Source of the DNA: Bacteroidota bacterium
GTDB lineage: Bacteria; Bacteroidota; Ignavibacteria; Kryptoniales; JAKASW01
Length of the DNA stretch: 64,000 nucleotides
Reading direction: 5' to 3'
NCBI GenBank assembly: GCA_023381615.1
Contig: JAMCQL010000035.1
Location: forward strand, 5,979-69,978
Made by a program: the position numbers and the translations under genes. The notes below the pieces were generated by a model. It made no database searches and was not told the DNA's origin. It worked only from the letters and a program-made list of their open reading frames with translations. Of the stretch, positions 39,992-49,836 are shown one piece after another. Numbering within the stretch: the first letter of the stretch is position 1; each line of letters starts with the position of its first letter.

Positions 39992-41398
39992 ATGAAAAAA
40001 CGCGGGACCGTAGAGCAAGACACACAGAAGGTCGGCGAGCAAACAAGTAACCAAAGCGCTGCCGCTGCTATTGAGCGCTTCATGGAAACTCGCGAGAGCT
40101 ACATACGCGCCCTTGAGACTGCCCTTCAGGCATTCAAAGATAAAGTAGATTTTCATGAGAAAACTGAAACCAGCATAAAGCAATCGCTTGACGAATTGAT
40201 TGCTATGCAGCGGCTCGGCAATACCATCAGTACCGCAACGGATTCCGTTTCTGTGTTTGATTCGCTTCTCGACCTAACACGGCAGGTGATACCTGTTGAA
40301 GAGAGCATGATCTTCGAGGTGGGCAATTCGAAGTCGGAGGCAAAGCCATTCCTTCCGGTTTGCACCGACTACATGCTGAAGGGGTCCCAGCATTTGCTGG
40401 AGGAAGGAATACTCGATTGGGTGATCGAGCAGAAAAAGACCACGGTCGTTCCCGATTTGAACGCATCCGTGGGCGAAGCTGGAGAAAGAAATTTCGTGGT
40501 CGTTCCGCTTGTATTGCGGAATGAGGCGATCGGGGTCTATATAATTCGTACTGAGAAAGTTCGCAGAACATTTTCTGACCACGAGCTGATGCTGCTCGGA
40601 ATACTTGCAAATCAGGCTGCGGTTGCGATCGAGAATTTGCGCAACTTAGAAAAGCTGCGAAGGATCGCCGACGAGCTGAAACAATCGCAGGCGCAAATGC
40701 TGCAGGCGGCAAAGCTCGCGTCGCTCGGCGAACTTGCCGGAGGCATTGCTCATGAGATAAATAATCCACTTCAGATCCTTCTTGGCCATGTCGCTTTGCT
40801 CGCGCAAGGGAAGGACATTGAGCACAGAATAGAGATCATCCGCAGCCAGGTCCAGCGAATCGCCCAGATCACTCACCAGCTCGTCTCTTTTTCGCGCAGC
40901 GTTCCCGATGAATTTGAGCATGAATTGATAAATGTGAACTGGGCGGTCAACGAAATAATTGCACTTGTCGATTACCAGTTCAAGAATCGCGGCATCCAAT
41001 TCGATACCAAGTTTTCGGACGAGATTCCTCCGCTCGATTCCAACAAAAATTATCTTCAGCAAGTTTTTCTGAATCTTCTTTTGAATGCAAAGGATGCTAT
41101 GCCCAATGGCGGAAGAATGTCTATCTTGACCGAGTATCGCGATGAAAAAATGTATATCCGGTTTTCAGACACAGGAACTGGAATCAAGAAAGAAAATCTC
41201 GCGAAAATCTTCGAGCCATTTTTCACAACCAAAGAAGCAGGCAAAGGAACCGGTCTGGGTCTCCCGATAACGAGAGGAATTGTAAGAAAATTTGGCGGCG
41301 ACATAAAAGTCGACAGCGTTGAGGGACACGGTACGACTTTTACGGTTGTCCTTCCGGTAAAAAGAAACGTTGGTTCAATCAATGGAGGCGGCAAATGA
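39992..41398 (+). CDS. GAF-domain sensor histidine kinase
   Basis: GAF-like region (aa ~70-215), H-box [12 protein letters not shown]-box [10 protein letters not shown]-boxes DTGTGI and GTGLGL. Confidence 0.85.
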   Translation: MKKRGTVEQDTQKVGEQTSNQSAAAAIERFMETRESYIRALETALQAFKDKVDFHEKTETSIKQSLDELIAMQRLGNTISTATDSVSVFDSLLDLTRQVIPVEESMIFEVGNSKSEAKPFLPVCTDYMLKGSQHLLEEGILDWVIEQKKTTVVPDLNASVGEAGERNFVVVPLVLRNEAIGVYIIRTEKVRRTFSDHELMLLGILANQAAVAIENLRNLEKLRRIADELKQSQAQMLQAAKLASLGELAGGIAHEINNPLQILLGHVALLAQGKDIEHRIEIIRSQVQRIAQITHQLVSFSRSVPDEFEHELINVNWAVNEIIALVDYQFKNRGIQFDTKFSDEIPPLDSNKNYLQQVFLNLLLNAKDAMPNGGRMSILTEYRDEKMYIRFSDTGTGIKKENLAKIFEPFFTTKEAGKGTGLGLPITRGIVRKFGGDIKVDSVEGHGTTFTVVLPVKRNVGSINGGGK

Positions 41399-42105
41399 TG
41401 TTTGCAATGTTAATGATTTTGTTTTCAGACTCGACGGCGGTCGATATACGAGCGTTGGTATCACGGGACATCGACCGGGCAACATTTCAACCCCCGGCAA
41501 ACGTAAATCAAAGTTTTGCTGAACGGTTTTTCGGAGTATCCGAATTTGTACTTATCCTCGAACTTGCACTTCTCCTCGTGATGTCGGGATTGTTTGTCGC
41601 GCTTATCATGCGTTACCGGAGAATGGCGAAGGACCAAAAGAGAAAGCTTGCATCCGAACAGCGCATGAGCGTGAAGCGTCCGCCGGTAATTTCGCGGATT
41701 GAAATCGAAAGAATCTTAAATCAGATCGCGACCGAAAAAGTGATGAAGGCAGAAGCGGCTGCGGAGAATTATTACGTCGATTACAACGGCAGACTCGACT
41801 CCGGCGCGGCAATTCATGAAATGGCAAGAACGCATAGACTCGAATCAGAGCGGCTCAACTTTGCGATCTCTTACGCATCGCAGGCAGCGAAACAAACCGG
41901 CGCGAAGTTCAAAGAGGCGTTCACTTTGGTGAGCGAAGACTCCGATCTGAATGTGCTTGCACGTCAGCTTAACATGGGAAAAGGAGAACTCGAGCTCATA
42001 CTTGCGCTGAAGAAGAGCAAAATTGCGAATTCCAAGGCTTCTTCAGGCAATAATGGTCCCTTCATCGGTCGGGATCCCGCTTCGCGGGAAAGGAGAACAC
42101 GATGA
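41395..42105 (+). CDS. Hypothetical single-pass membrane protein with a C-terminal HTH-like tail
   Basis: TM segment [22 protein letters not shown]-terminal [20 protein letters not shown]. Overlaps the HK stop and the flgF start. Confidence 0.5.
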   Translation: MMFAMLMILFSDSTAVDIRALVSRDIDRATFQPPANVNQSFAERFFGVSEFVLILELALLLVMSGLFVALIMRYRRMAKDQKRKLASEQRMSVKRPPVISRIEIERILNQIATEKVMKAEAAAENYYVDYNGRLDSGAAIHEMARTHRLESERLNFAISYASQAAKQTGAKFKEAFTLVSEDSDLNVLARQLNMGKGELELILALKKSKIANSKASSGNNGPFIGRDPASRERRTR

Positions 42106-42851
42106 TAAAGGGTATCTATACCAGCGCGCTCGGTCTGATACCGCTTCAGAAGAAATTAGAAGTCATTGCGAACAATCTCGCGAATGTCAACACGACAGGT
42201 TTCAAGCGAGACGATGCTTTCACGAACGAGCTTATCTCGGCGAGCACTTTGTTCCGCGACGGAACGATTGCTCCAACAGAGGGAGACCTGAAGGAGAAAA
42301 CGTACACGGATTTTTCGCAGGGAACGCTCCAGCAGACGAGCAACCCGCTCGATGTGGCGATTGACGGCCAGGGATTTTTTGCGGTGCAAACTCAGGACGG
42401 ACTGAAATTGACTCGCGACGGCTCGTTTACGTTATCAACAGACGGTACACTCGTGACGCGGAATGGCGACCCGGTGATGGGCATCGGCGGACCGATCAGA
42501 ATAGGCGATATACAACAGACGCAGGCGAGCCAGCTTGTTATCGACCGGGACGGCGTTGTCAAGGCAGGAAATAAGGTTTACGGCCAGATTCGCGTCGTGA
42601 TGCCGGAAGCTCTCAATCAAATTTCAAAAGCCGGCGAAAATTTCTACACACTGAAAGAAGGCGGAACACTTCGAGCAGTCGATCCTTCCGCTGTAAGCAT
42701 CAGGCAGGGCTTCCTTGAAGGTTCTAACGTGAACCCGATCGATGAGATGGTTGCAATGATCCAGCTCCAGTCTAATTTTGAGGCGGGACAAAAAGCGATT
42801 CAGAGCCAGGACGATTCGCTTGGCATGGCAAACCAGGTCGGAAAAGTATGA
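42102..42851 (+). CDS. flgF: Flagellar basal-body rod protein FlgF
   Basis: NNLANVNTTGFKRD N-terminus, C-terminal LEGSNVNPIDEMVAMIQLQSNFEA; upstream of flgG. Confidence 0.75.
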   Translation: MIKGIYTSALGLIPLQKKLEVIANNLANVNTTGFKRDDAFTNELISASTLFRDGTIAPTEGDLKEKTYTDFSQGTLQQTSNPLDVAIDGQGFFAVQTQDGLKLTRDGSFTLSTDGTLVTRNGDPVMGIGGPIRIGDIQQTQASQLVIDRDGVVKAGNKVYGQIRVVMPEALNQISKAGENFYTLKEGGTLRAVDPSAVSIRQGFLEGSNVNPIDEMVAMIQLQSNFEAGQKAIQSQDDSLGMANQVGKV

Positions 42852-43017
42852 CTATAGTTTCCATTTACAGTTTCGGAGAAAAGCTTCGCTGCGAGATGAA
42901 TAAAGGCGCTTCAGTAGCAGAAGGAGATGCCAAAACAGTTCTCGGAGCTTTGATGAAAACTTATTTCAAGCTGATGGTAAGCAGAACAATGCAAAGAATT
43001 TATACGTGGAGGAAAAT

Positions 43018-43806
43018 ATGGACAGAGCATTGAAAACAGCCGCGAGCGGAATGTATGCGCAGCAGCTAAACGTGGATGCGATTGCAAATAATCTTGCGAA
43101 CGTCAATACGACCGCGTTCAAGCAGACGAGAGTTGAATTTCAGGATTTGATGTACGAGACACTTCGTGGAACGGGAATCCCGGACCAGCAGGGCGGAACA
43201 CCTCCGGCGGAGCTTCAAGTCGGCGATGGGACAGTGCCATCTTCGACGACGAGAAACTTCGGACAGGGCGATTTGCAGCCGACACAAAACCAACTCGATT
43301 TTGCGATACAAGGCGACGGCTTCTTCAGGATAAGAAAACCTGACGGAACGGAAGCCTACACGCGCGACGGTTCATTCAAAGTTTCCGGAGATGGGAATCT
43401 CGTGACTTCAAACGGCTACCTCGTTGACCCTGGCTTCACCATTCCGCAGGATACAACCGGTCTTCAGGTGAAAACTGACGGGACGATTGAAGCGACAGTC
43501 TCCGGTCAGACAACGCCGGTGACTCTCGGACAATTTGAGCTTGCGAAGTTTGTCAACCCAGCCGGTTTGCATGCGGTCGGAAGCAACTTGTACGAAGAGA
43601 CGGTCGCCTCCGGCACGCCGATTCTTGGCAACCCGAGCTCGACAGGATTTGGCGATGTCCTGCAGGGATATCTCGAATCTTCCAATGTTTCTATAGTCAA
43701 GGAAATGGTGAAAATGATCGAAGCGGAAAGAGCATACGAGCTGAACTCGAAGGCAATCCAAACCGCGGACAACATGATGCAGCTTGCAAACAACATCAAG
43801 CGCTGA
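43018..43806 (+). CDS. flgG: Flagellar distal rod protein FlgG
   Basis: MDRALKTAASGMYAQQLNVDAIANNLANVNTTAFK ... LESSNVSIVKEMVKMIEAERAYE. An alternative GTG start lies at 43006. Confidence 0.9.
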   Translation: MDRALKTAASGMYAQQLNVDAIANNLANVNTTAFKQTRVEFQDLMYETLRGTGIPDQQGGTPPAELQVGDGTVPSSTTRNFGQGDLQPTQNQLDFAIQGDGFFRIRKPDGTEAYTRDGSFKVSGDGNLVTSNGYLVDPGFTIPQDTTGLQVKTDGTIEATVSGQTTPVTLGQFELAKFVNPAGLHAVGSNLYEETVASGTPILGNPSSTGFGDVLQGYLESSNVSIVKEMVKMIEAERAYELNSKAIQTADNMMQLANNIKR

Positions 43807-43824
43807 TAATAGAGGTAACACAAA

Positions 43825-44532
43825 ATGAGAAGCGTTGGGTTTTTAATAATAGCAATTGTTTTTGCGTTCATCTTAACTGCAGGAAAAACTTCCGCTCAAT
43901 CGGTAAGCGGAACGGCAGTGAAGAGCGCAATTGAAAATTACGTGAAGCAGTCACTTCCGGTTTCAGAGGAGACTGTTCTTGAATTCAAAGACCTGAAAGA
44001 AAGCTATCCTGTCAGCTTCGGCGGCTATCATCTCAGCGTTTCTTCCGCAAACTCGGTGACGTTGAAAGGACTGGTAACATTTCTTGTCAAAGCCCGACCT
44101 GCAAGCGGCAAAAATCTCAGCCAGATAATTCCTGTTACAGTAAAGATCAGAACTTTTGAGAGCGCGCTTGTTACCACCAAGATGATCCAACCCCATGGTG
44201 CAATCACTTCCGATGAAGTCGCGAGCGTAAGGACCGAAACCACCGATCTGCCGAATCCTGTTACAAGCCTGAGCCAATTAAACGGTAAATGGACTTCACG
44301 CTGGGTGCAAGAAGGGAAAGCGCTGACATTCGACATGTTCGACGATATGCCGATAGTGAAGCGCGGCGACGATGTAACGATCATCTATAAAACAAAAAAT
44401 ATTATTGTGCGCGACCAAGGGAGCGCATTGCAGGATGGGCGCTTGAACGATGTTATTAGAGTAACCAATGAGTACAAAGACAACCTTCGCGCGAAAGTCA
44501 TCGGTAAAGACGAAGTCGTCCTGATGAACTGA
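43825..44532 (+). CDS. flgA: Flagellar P-ring assembly chaperone FlgA
   Basis: Signal peptide; C-terminal VKRGDDVTIIYKTKNIIVRDQGSALQDGRLNDVIRV. Confidence 0.8.
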   Translation: MRSVGFLIIAIVFAFILTAGKTSAQSVSGTAVKSAIENYVKQSLPVSEETVLEFKDLKESYPVSFGGYHLSVSSANSVTLKGLVTFLVKARPASGKNLSQIIPVTVKIRTFESALVTTKMIQPHGAITSDEVASVRTETTDLPNPVTSLSQLNGKWTSRWVQEGKALTFDMFDDMPIVKRGDDVTIIYKTKNIIVRDQGSALQDGRLNDVIRVTNEYKDNLRAKVIGKDEVVLMN

Positions 44533-44534
44533 AG

Positions 44535-44584
44535 TCAGCCAGAGGCTAATGTCCTCCAGAGGCGGATGAGCCTCCGGCTCAAGC
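44535..44584. repeat. Copy A of a dispersed ~50-60 bp imperfect-hairpin repeat (copy B at 58426-58483)
   Basis: TCAGCCAGAG-GCTAATGTCCTCC-AGA-GGCGGATGAGCCTC compares with copy B TCAGCCAGAG..GCTGATGTCCGCC-TAT-GCGGATGAGCCTC. The arms GGCTnATGTCC / GGATGAGCC are complementary with a bulge. Confidence 0.6.
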
Positions 44585-44644
44585 CTAAAGCTCAAACGAA
44601 TTGGAGATATAAAGTTGAAATTGATTTTTGAAAACGGAGCTGAG

Positions 44645-45211
44645 ATGATGAAAACATTTCTAACTATGATTTTATTTGCCGGAACAACATACGCGCAGGT
44701 CATGCAGAGTCCGACCTCCTCGCTTTTCTCCGACTACAAAGCATCAAAAGTCGGGGACGCGGTCACGGTGATCGTAATGGAGGACAATTCCGCTTCGAAA
44801 GATGCCTCGACTAACACGAGCAGGCAGAGCACGATCAGCGGAAGCGGTTCGGCGAGTTACGGGACCAAAAGTCTCCCGTCAGGCGGATTGCAGCTCGGAA
44901 CCGACAATGAATTCAAAGGCAGTGGCTCGACAAGCGAAACAGGCAGCGTGAGGGCTGTTATCAGCGCGCGAGTCGTAAAGGTGGACGAGTATGGGAATCT
45001 TGAAGTTCAAGGAAGCAGACTGATTTCGATTAACGGCCAGGATCAGGTTATTAAGCTGAGCGGAATTATTCGTCCGTCAGACATTCAGGCGGACAATACT
45101 GTTTATTCGACAAACATTTCCGATGCAAAAATAATTTTTGAAGGTTCCGGCTCAATTGATCGCTCGCAAAGTCCCGGTTGGCTGACAAAAATTTTCCATT
45201 GGCTGTTCTGA
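44645..45211 (+). CDS. flgH: Flagellar L-ring protein FlgH
   Basis: Signal peptide, then SLFSDYKASKVGDAVTVIV and SGIIRPSDI. Confidence 0.85.
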   Translation: MMKTFLTMILFAGTTYAQVMQSPTSSLFSDYKASKVGDAVTVIVMEDNSASKDASTNTSRQSTISGSGSASYGTKSLPSGGLQLGTDNEFKGSGSTSETGSVRAVISARVVKVDEYGNLEVQGSRLISINGQDQVIKLSGIIRPSDIQADNTVYSTNISDAKIIFEGSGSIDRSQSPGWLTKIFHWLF

Positions 45212-45219
45212 GGCATACC

Positions 45220-46308
45220 ATGAAAAAGATTCTTATTGCGCTTCTACTCATTGTGTCTGTTGCAAATGCAACCCGGATCAAAGATGTCGCTTATGTAAAA
45301 GGCGTCAACGATTATCAAGTGATCGGTTACGGCCTAGTTGTCGGACTGAGCGGCACGGGCGACACGCGGATGACAATCTTCACTCAGCAGTCTGTAACGA
45401 GTATGCTGAAAAGGTTCGGCATAACAGTGCCGCAAAATCAAGTCTGGTTGAGGAATGTCGCCGCTGTTATGGTGGTTGCAACAATTCCTCCGTTCTCAAG
45501 CAACGGAGCGAGCGTCGACGTTGTCGTTTCTTCAATGGGCGATGCGACAAGTCTGCAGGGCGGCGCTCTTTTGCTCACCGATCTGATTGGGCAGGACGGG
45601 AAAATTTATGCGACAGCTCAGGGTCCGATCTCGGTCGGCGGTTTTGATATACGCGCCGCGGGAACGGAAGTGAGAAGAAATTTCACGACGACAGGAAGAA
45701 TTCCGAACGGCGCGCTTGTTCAGCAGTCGCCTCCGGTCGATTTTGTAAGCAATTGGGTTTTGACTCTCGTCCTTTCCCAGGAAGATTTCACAACGGCAAG
45801 CCGCGTCGCCGATGCGATCAACCAGAGTATCGGCTCAAGGATTGCCGACGCGATCGACGGCGCGAATATAACTGTACAGGTGCCGCAGCAATTTCAATCG
45901 AAGGACAAACTTGTGCAATTCATTGCGCAAGTCGAATCGCTTCAAGTGGTTCCGGACGTTGTCGCGCGTGTAGTTATAAACGAAAGAACTGGAACTGTTG
46001 TTGTTGGTCAGAACGTGACGATTCTTCCTGTCGCAATTTCTCATGGCAATTTGAATATCGAGATACAGGCTTATCCTGTCATTTCTCAGCCTGCTCCTTT
46101 CTCACAGGGACAGACTGTAGTAACTCAGGCAGCCACGGCTCAAGTGACACAAGGAGAGAATTCGATGGTTGCGATAAATGGCGCCGCGACGGTGCAGGAC
46201 ATTGCAACGGCTTTGAACTCGCTGAAAGTTAGGCCGCGGGACATCATAGCAATATTTCAGGCGTTGAAAGCAGCGGGAGCATTGAAAGCCGAACTAATCA
46301 TTATGTAA
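45220..46308 (+). CDS. flgI: Flagellar P-ring protein FlgI
   Basis: Signal peptide, then RIKDVAYVKGVNDYQVIGYGLVVGLSGTGD. Confidence 0.9.
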   Translation: MKKILIALLLIVSVANATRIKDVAYVKGVNDYQVIGYGLVVGLSGTGDTRMTIFTQQSVTSMLKRFGITVPQNQVWLRNVAAVMVVATIPPFSSNGASVDVVVSSMGDATSLQGGALLLTDLIGQDGKIYATAQGPISVGGFDIRAAGTEVRRNFTTTGRIPNGALVQQSPPVDFVSNWVLTLVLSQEDFTTASRVADAINQSIGSRIADAIDGANITVQVPQQFQSKDKLVQFIAQVESLQVVPDVVARVVINERTGTVVVGQNVTILPVAISHGNLNIEIQAYPVISQPAPFSQGQTVVTQAATAQVTQGENSMVAINGAATVQDIATALNSLKVRPRDIIAIFQALKAAGALKAELIIM

Positions 46309-46309
46309 G

Positions 46310-47128
46310 ATGGAAAAAGTACAGTCAAACGTTTCGCCCGTTCATCCGCAGTTAACTGAGCAGCAAAAAGCAAAACTCAAAGCTGCGGTCAAAGATTTCG
46401 AAGCCGTTTTCATGGAATATATGCTGAAGTCTATGGAAAAGACCGAAAAAATTGACGGACAAAAAGATGATCAAGGTTTCGGCAAAGATATAATGACGGG
46501 ACTTTTCAACGACGAACTTGCGAAATACATGACGGAAAACTCCAATCTCGGAATCGGAAATATGCTTTACAAGCAATTCACCGGCGAAGATATGGATTCT
46601 CAAATTCCGACGCAGCCTGCTTCGAGCATTTCCGGGCAGATTTTATCTGACGACCAGGCGCACCTTCGGGCATTGGAAAAAATCAAGGCCTATAGTTCAG
46701 GTTCGCTGTTGGAGAACGTCGGCAAATACTCCGATATAATAAATAGTGCGGCAGGTACTTTTGATTTGAAGCCAAATTTGATAAAAGCCGTGATTGCCGC
46801 TGAATCTGCCGGGAAGGCGGATTCTCTTTCTACAAAAAACGCAAAAGGCCTGATGCAGCTTGTTGATTCGACAGCAAAGGAAATGGGCGTTACAAATGCA
46901 TTCGATCCGAAGGAAAACATCATGGGCGGCGCAAAGTATTTGAAAACTCTGCTCGAAAAATTTTCAGGGAATCTCAGTCTGGCGCTTGCTTCCTACAACG
47001 CAGGGCCGGGAAAGGTGGAGCAATACGGCGGCGTTCCGCCTTTCAGCGAAACGCAAAATTATGTCAAGAGAGTTTTAGGTTATTTGAAAATGTTTGACGG
47101 CAGTGAGGTGAGCGAAAATGGACAATAG
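46310..47128 (+). CDS. flgJ: FlgJ-like rod-binding domain fused to a lytic transglycosylase (SLT) domain
   Basis: N-terminal FEAVFMEYMLKSMEK (rod-binding). C-terminal AESAGK...GLMQL...AYNAGPG (SLT family motifs). Confidence 0.75.
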   Translation: MEKVQSNVSPVHPQLTEQQKAKLKAAVKDFEAVFMEYMLKSMEKTEKIDGQKDDQGFGKDIMTGLFNDELAKYMTENSNLGIGNMLYKQFTGEDMDSQIPTQPASSISGQILSDDQAHLRALEKIKAYSSGSLLENVGKYSDIINSAAGTFDLKPNLIKAVIAAESAGKADSLSTKNAKGLMQLVDSTAKEMGVTNAFDPKENIMGGAKYLKTLLEKFSGNLSLALASYNAGPGKVEQYGGVPPFSETQNYVKRVLGYLKMFDGSEVSENGQ

Positions 47129-47558
47129 ACTCAAACGCTTAATGGAAACAACGGCGCTCGAGACCGCTGAATTTCAGAAGATGACCGTGATTCTGGATAA
47201 AAAACATCAGGCAATTGCCCGGCTCGACAACGCGGCGATTCAGAGCTTAGTCAGCGAAGAGCTTGAGGAGCTGAATACAATTCACAATATCGAGAAAGAA
47301 CGCGCGGTTGTTTTGAATAATCTCGGATTGTCCGGCGCCGACCTAAATGATGCCGGTGTCCTCGAGAAGAAATTGGGCAAAGAAGATTCCGAAAGTTACA
47401 GAAAACTTCATTTGGCATTTTACAATATTTTCGCAAAGACACAGGCGTTGAACGGCATCAGCCGGATCTTGCTCAGCCGGTCGCTTGCTTTCATAAGAAA
47501 CAACATCCGCATTTTGACTGACGACGGAAACAGAAAACTTGTCGACAAAAAAGCATAA
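47118..47558 (+). CDS. flgN: FlgN-like flagellar chaperone
   Basis: 146-aa helical protein directly upstream of flgK/flgL. The N-terminus (LETAEFQKMTVILDKKHQAIARLD) is FlgN-like. Confidence 0.55.
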   Translation: MDNRLKRLMETTALETAEFQKMTVILDKKHQAIARLDNAAIQSLVSEELEELNTIHNIEKERAVVLNNLGLSGADLNDAGVLEKKLGKEDSESYRKLHLAFYNIFAKTQALNGISRILLSRSLAFIRNNIRILTDDGNRKLVDKKA

Positions 47559-47567
47559 GGATAAAAA

Positions 47568-48944
47568 GTGAGCGGCATTTCGGGTTTGCTCGACATAGGA
47601 AGCGGCGCGTTGATGGCGGCTCAAGCAGAGATCGACACAACGAGCCATAACATAGCGAATGCAAACACCGACGGTTATACGAAACAGCGAGTCGTTACCG
47701 AAGCCGCAGTTCCGTTTCAGACAACTTACGGCTTTCTCGGTTCCGGTGTTGAAATAAATCGCATCGAACGAGTGCGAAATGCTTTTGTAGATGAACAGGC
47801 GATGGGTGTTAATTCCGATTTGAACAAGGCGACAATTCAACAGCAAACCATGTCCGATGTCGAGAATATTTTCAACGAGACCTCAGGCGGCGGGTTAAGC
47901 GATCAGATTCGCTCCCTGTTCGCAGCGTTTCAAACGCTTTCTCAGAATCCAGAAGACATCGGAATTCGCCAGACAGTTATGCAATCGGGACAGCAAGTAG
48001 CGACCACTTTCAATATCCTGAACAGCAAACTGCAGAACGAACGTTATCAGGTCGGTCAGGAAATAAATGCCGACGTCGGGAAGATTAACGAACTTGCGTC
48101 GACAATCGCAGGCATAAACAGTCAGGTTGTCGGCAACGCCGCAGCTTACACGGACGCTCCGGATCTGAAGGACCAGATGGACAACGCGATTTCGCAGTTG
48201 AGCAATCTGATCAACGTAAAAGTGACTGTTGACCCGACCGGTGTAACCAACGTTACCGCCGGCGGCGCGGTTCTCGTCGCTGCAGGAACAGCTTACAATT
48301 TCAAGATGAATCAAACGGCGGACAACATCACTATCAGCCGCGCAGATTCTACGCAACCGGCGACGGTCGTGTCAGGAGAGATTTCAGGACTTCTCGATAC
48401 TTACAACAGTCAAATTTCTTCCTTCTCAAGCAAGTTAGATGATATTGCCAACACGCTCGTCCAGACCGTAAATTCATTCAACTCCACCGGTTACACCCTG
48501 GCGACAAACGGCAATCCTGCACAGACAGGGAAGACTTTCTTTCAGGGAAATTCAGCGGGAAGCATTCAAATTTCTCCGGACATTTCATCGAATCTAAACA
48601 ACATTGCCGCTTCATCGTCCGGCGATCCCGGAAACGGTGACAACGCCGCCGCGATTGCCAATGTTCTCAATGCGCCGGTCATGAGCAACGGCCAGTCTAT
48701 CGTGTCGGCGTATGAAGGATTCGTCGGAAATGTCGGATTGGCTGCGCAGCGGGCGAACAACAGTGTTCAGACATTGCAGATAGCTCAGAACCAGATGAAA
48801 TCATTCCAGACTTCTATTTCCGGAGTCTCACTTGATGAAGAGTTGGCAAACATGATTCAATACCAACATTCATTCGAAGCGGCAGCAAAAGTTGTAACGA
48901 CTGCTGATTCAATGTATCAGACAATAATCGGTATGGTGGCATAA
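47568..48944 (+). CDS. flgK: Hook-filament junction protein FlgK
   Basis: HNIANANTDGYTKQ N-terminus; C-terminal VSLDEELANMIQYQHSFEAAAKV. Confidence 0.85.
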   Translation: MSGISGLLDIGSGALMAAQAEIDTTSHNIANANTDGYTKQRVVTEAAVPFQTTYGFLGSGVEINRIERVRNAFVDEQAMGVNSDLNKATIQQQTMSDVENIFNETSGGGLSDQIRSLFAAFQTLSQNPEDIGIRQTVMQSGQQVATTFNILNSKLQNERYQVGQEINADVGKINELASTIAGINSQVVGNAAAYTDAPDLKDQMDNAISQLSNLINVKVTVDPTGVTNVTAGGAVLVAAGTAYNFKMNQTADNITISRADSTQPATVVSGEISGLLDTYNSQISSFSSKLDDIANTLVQTVNSFNSTGYTLATNGNPAQTGKTFFQGNSAGSIQISPDISSNLNNIAASSSGDPGNGDNAAAIANVLNAPVMSNGQSIVSAYEGFVGNVGLAAQRANNSVQTLQIAQNQMKSFQTSISGVSLDEELANMIQYQHSFEAAAKVVTTADSMYQTIIGMVA

Positions 48945-48945
48945 A

Positions 48946-49833
48946 ATGAGAATTAACGAGAATCAAGTGATCAGCGATTTGCTTTTTTCGATCGGCCAGA
49001 GCCGCCAGTCAATTGATAAGCTGCAGGAGCAGCTTTCGACCGGCAAAGTCGTGAACCGTCCTTCCGATGATCCCGTTCTTATGCAGAGGCTGATGCAGCT
49101 TCAGGATCAAGTTAACCAGAACAGTGCATACACTCAGAACACGCAGTACGCAGTCAGTTTTCTCACGCAACAGAGCAGTGCACTCGGCGGCGCTGTAAAT
49201 ATTTTAACAAACATAAAAACGACGATGCTTTCCGCTGCGAACGACCAAAATCCTCAGGACCAGCAGAATTTTGGCACTCAGATTGACCAGTACATCAACC
49301 AGCTTCTCGATCTTGCGAACATGAAATTCGGCGACAAGTATGTCTTTGGCGGCACACAGACTACAACTCAACCCTTCTTGATGAATTCGTCCGGCACGGC
49401 GGTAACCGTAAATCCTGCGGGCATAAATGGCGCTTTAAAATTAGATGTCGGTTACCAAATTCACGATCAGTACAACATAACGGGCAGCGAAGCATTCAGC
49501 GGAGGACAGTTCTTCACAGACTTAATAGCGATCCGTGATAAGTTGAACAGCGGCACGGCGCCGACGCAGGCGGACGTTGCGACGGTAGACAATTATTTGA
49601 ACTCGATGGTCAGCGAGAATGCAAAAGCAGGCGCGATGATCAACCGTTTCCAGTTAATTCAGCAGCAGATCAGCTCCGAAAATCAGTCTCTTCAGACGAC
49701 GATGTCGAACTTAGGAGACACCGACGCTGCCGCGGCGATAATCAAATTACAGCAGCAGCAAACGTCGCTAAGCGCAGCATTGCAGACTGGCGCCGGAGTT
49801 ATTCAACTTTCGCTGGCAAATTTCTTAAAGTAA
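48946..49833 (+). CDS. flgL: Hook-filament junction protein FlgL
   Basis: Flagellin-like N-terminus (LSTGKVVNRPSDDP) and C-terminus (LGDTDAAAAIIKLQQQQ); 295 aa; follows flgK. Confidence 0.8.
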   Translation: MRINENQVISDLLFSIGQSRQSIDKLQEQLSTGKVVNRPSDDPVLMQRLMQLQDQVNQNSAYTQNTQYAVSFLTQQSSALGGAVNILTNIKTTMLSAANDQNPQDQQNFGTQIDQYINQLLDLANMKFGDKYVFGGTQTTTQPFLMNSSGTAVTVNPAGINGALKLDVGYQIHDQYNITGSEAFSGGQFFTDLIAIRDKLNSGTAPTQADVATVDNYLNSMVSENAKAGAMINRFQLIQQQISSENQSLQTTMSNLGDTDAAAAIIKLQQQQTSLSAALQTGAGVIQLSLANFLK

Positions 49834-49836
49834 GAA

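Noticed and set aside
42848-43033. 61-aa ORF in the flgF-flgG spacer
   Set aside because: It overlaps the flgF stop and the flgG start in a different frame, has no SD and has no recognisable features. The spacer is more likely a regulatory 5' region for flgG.
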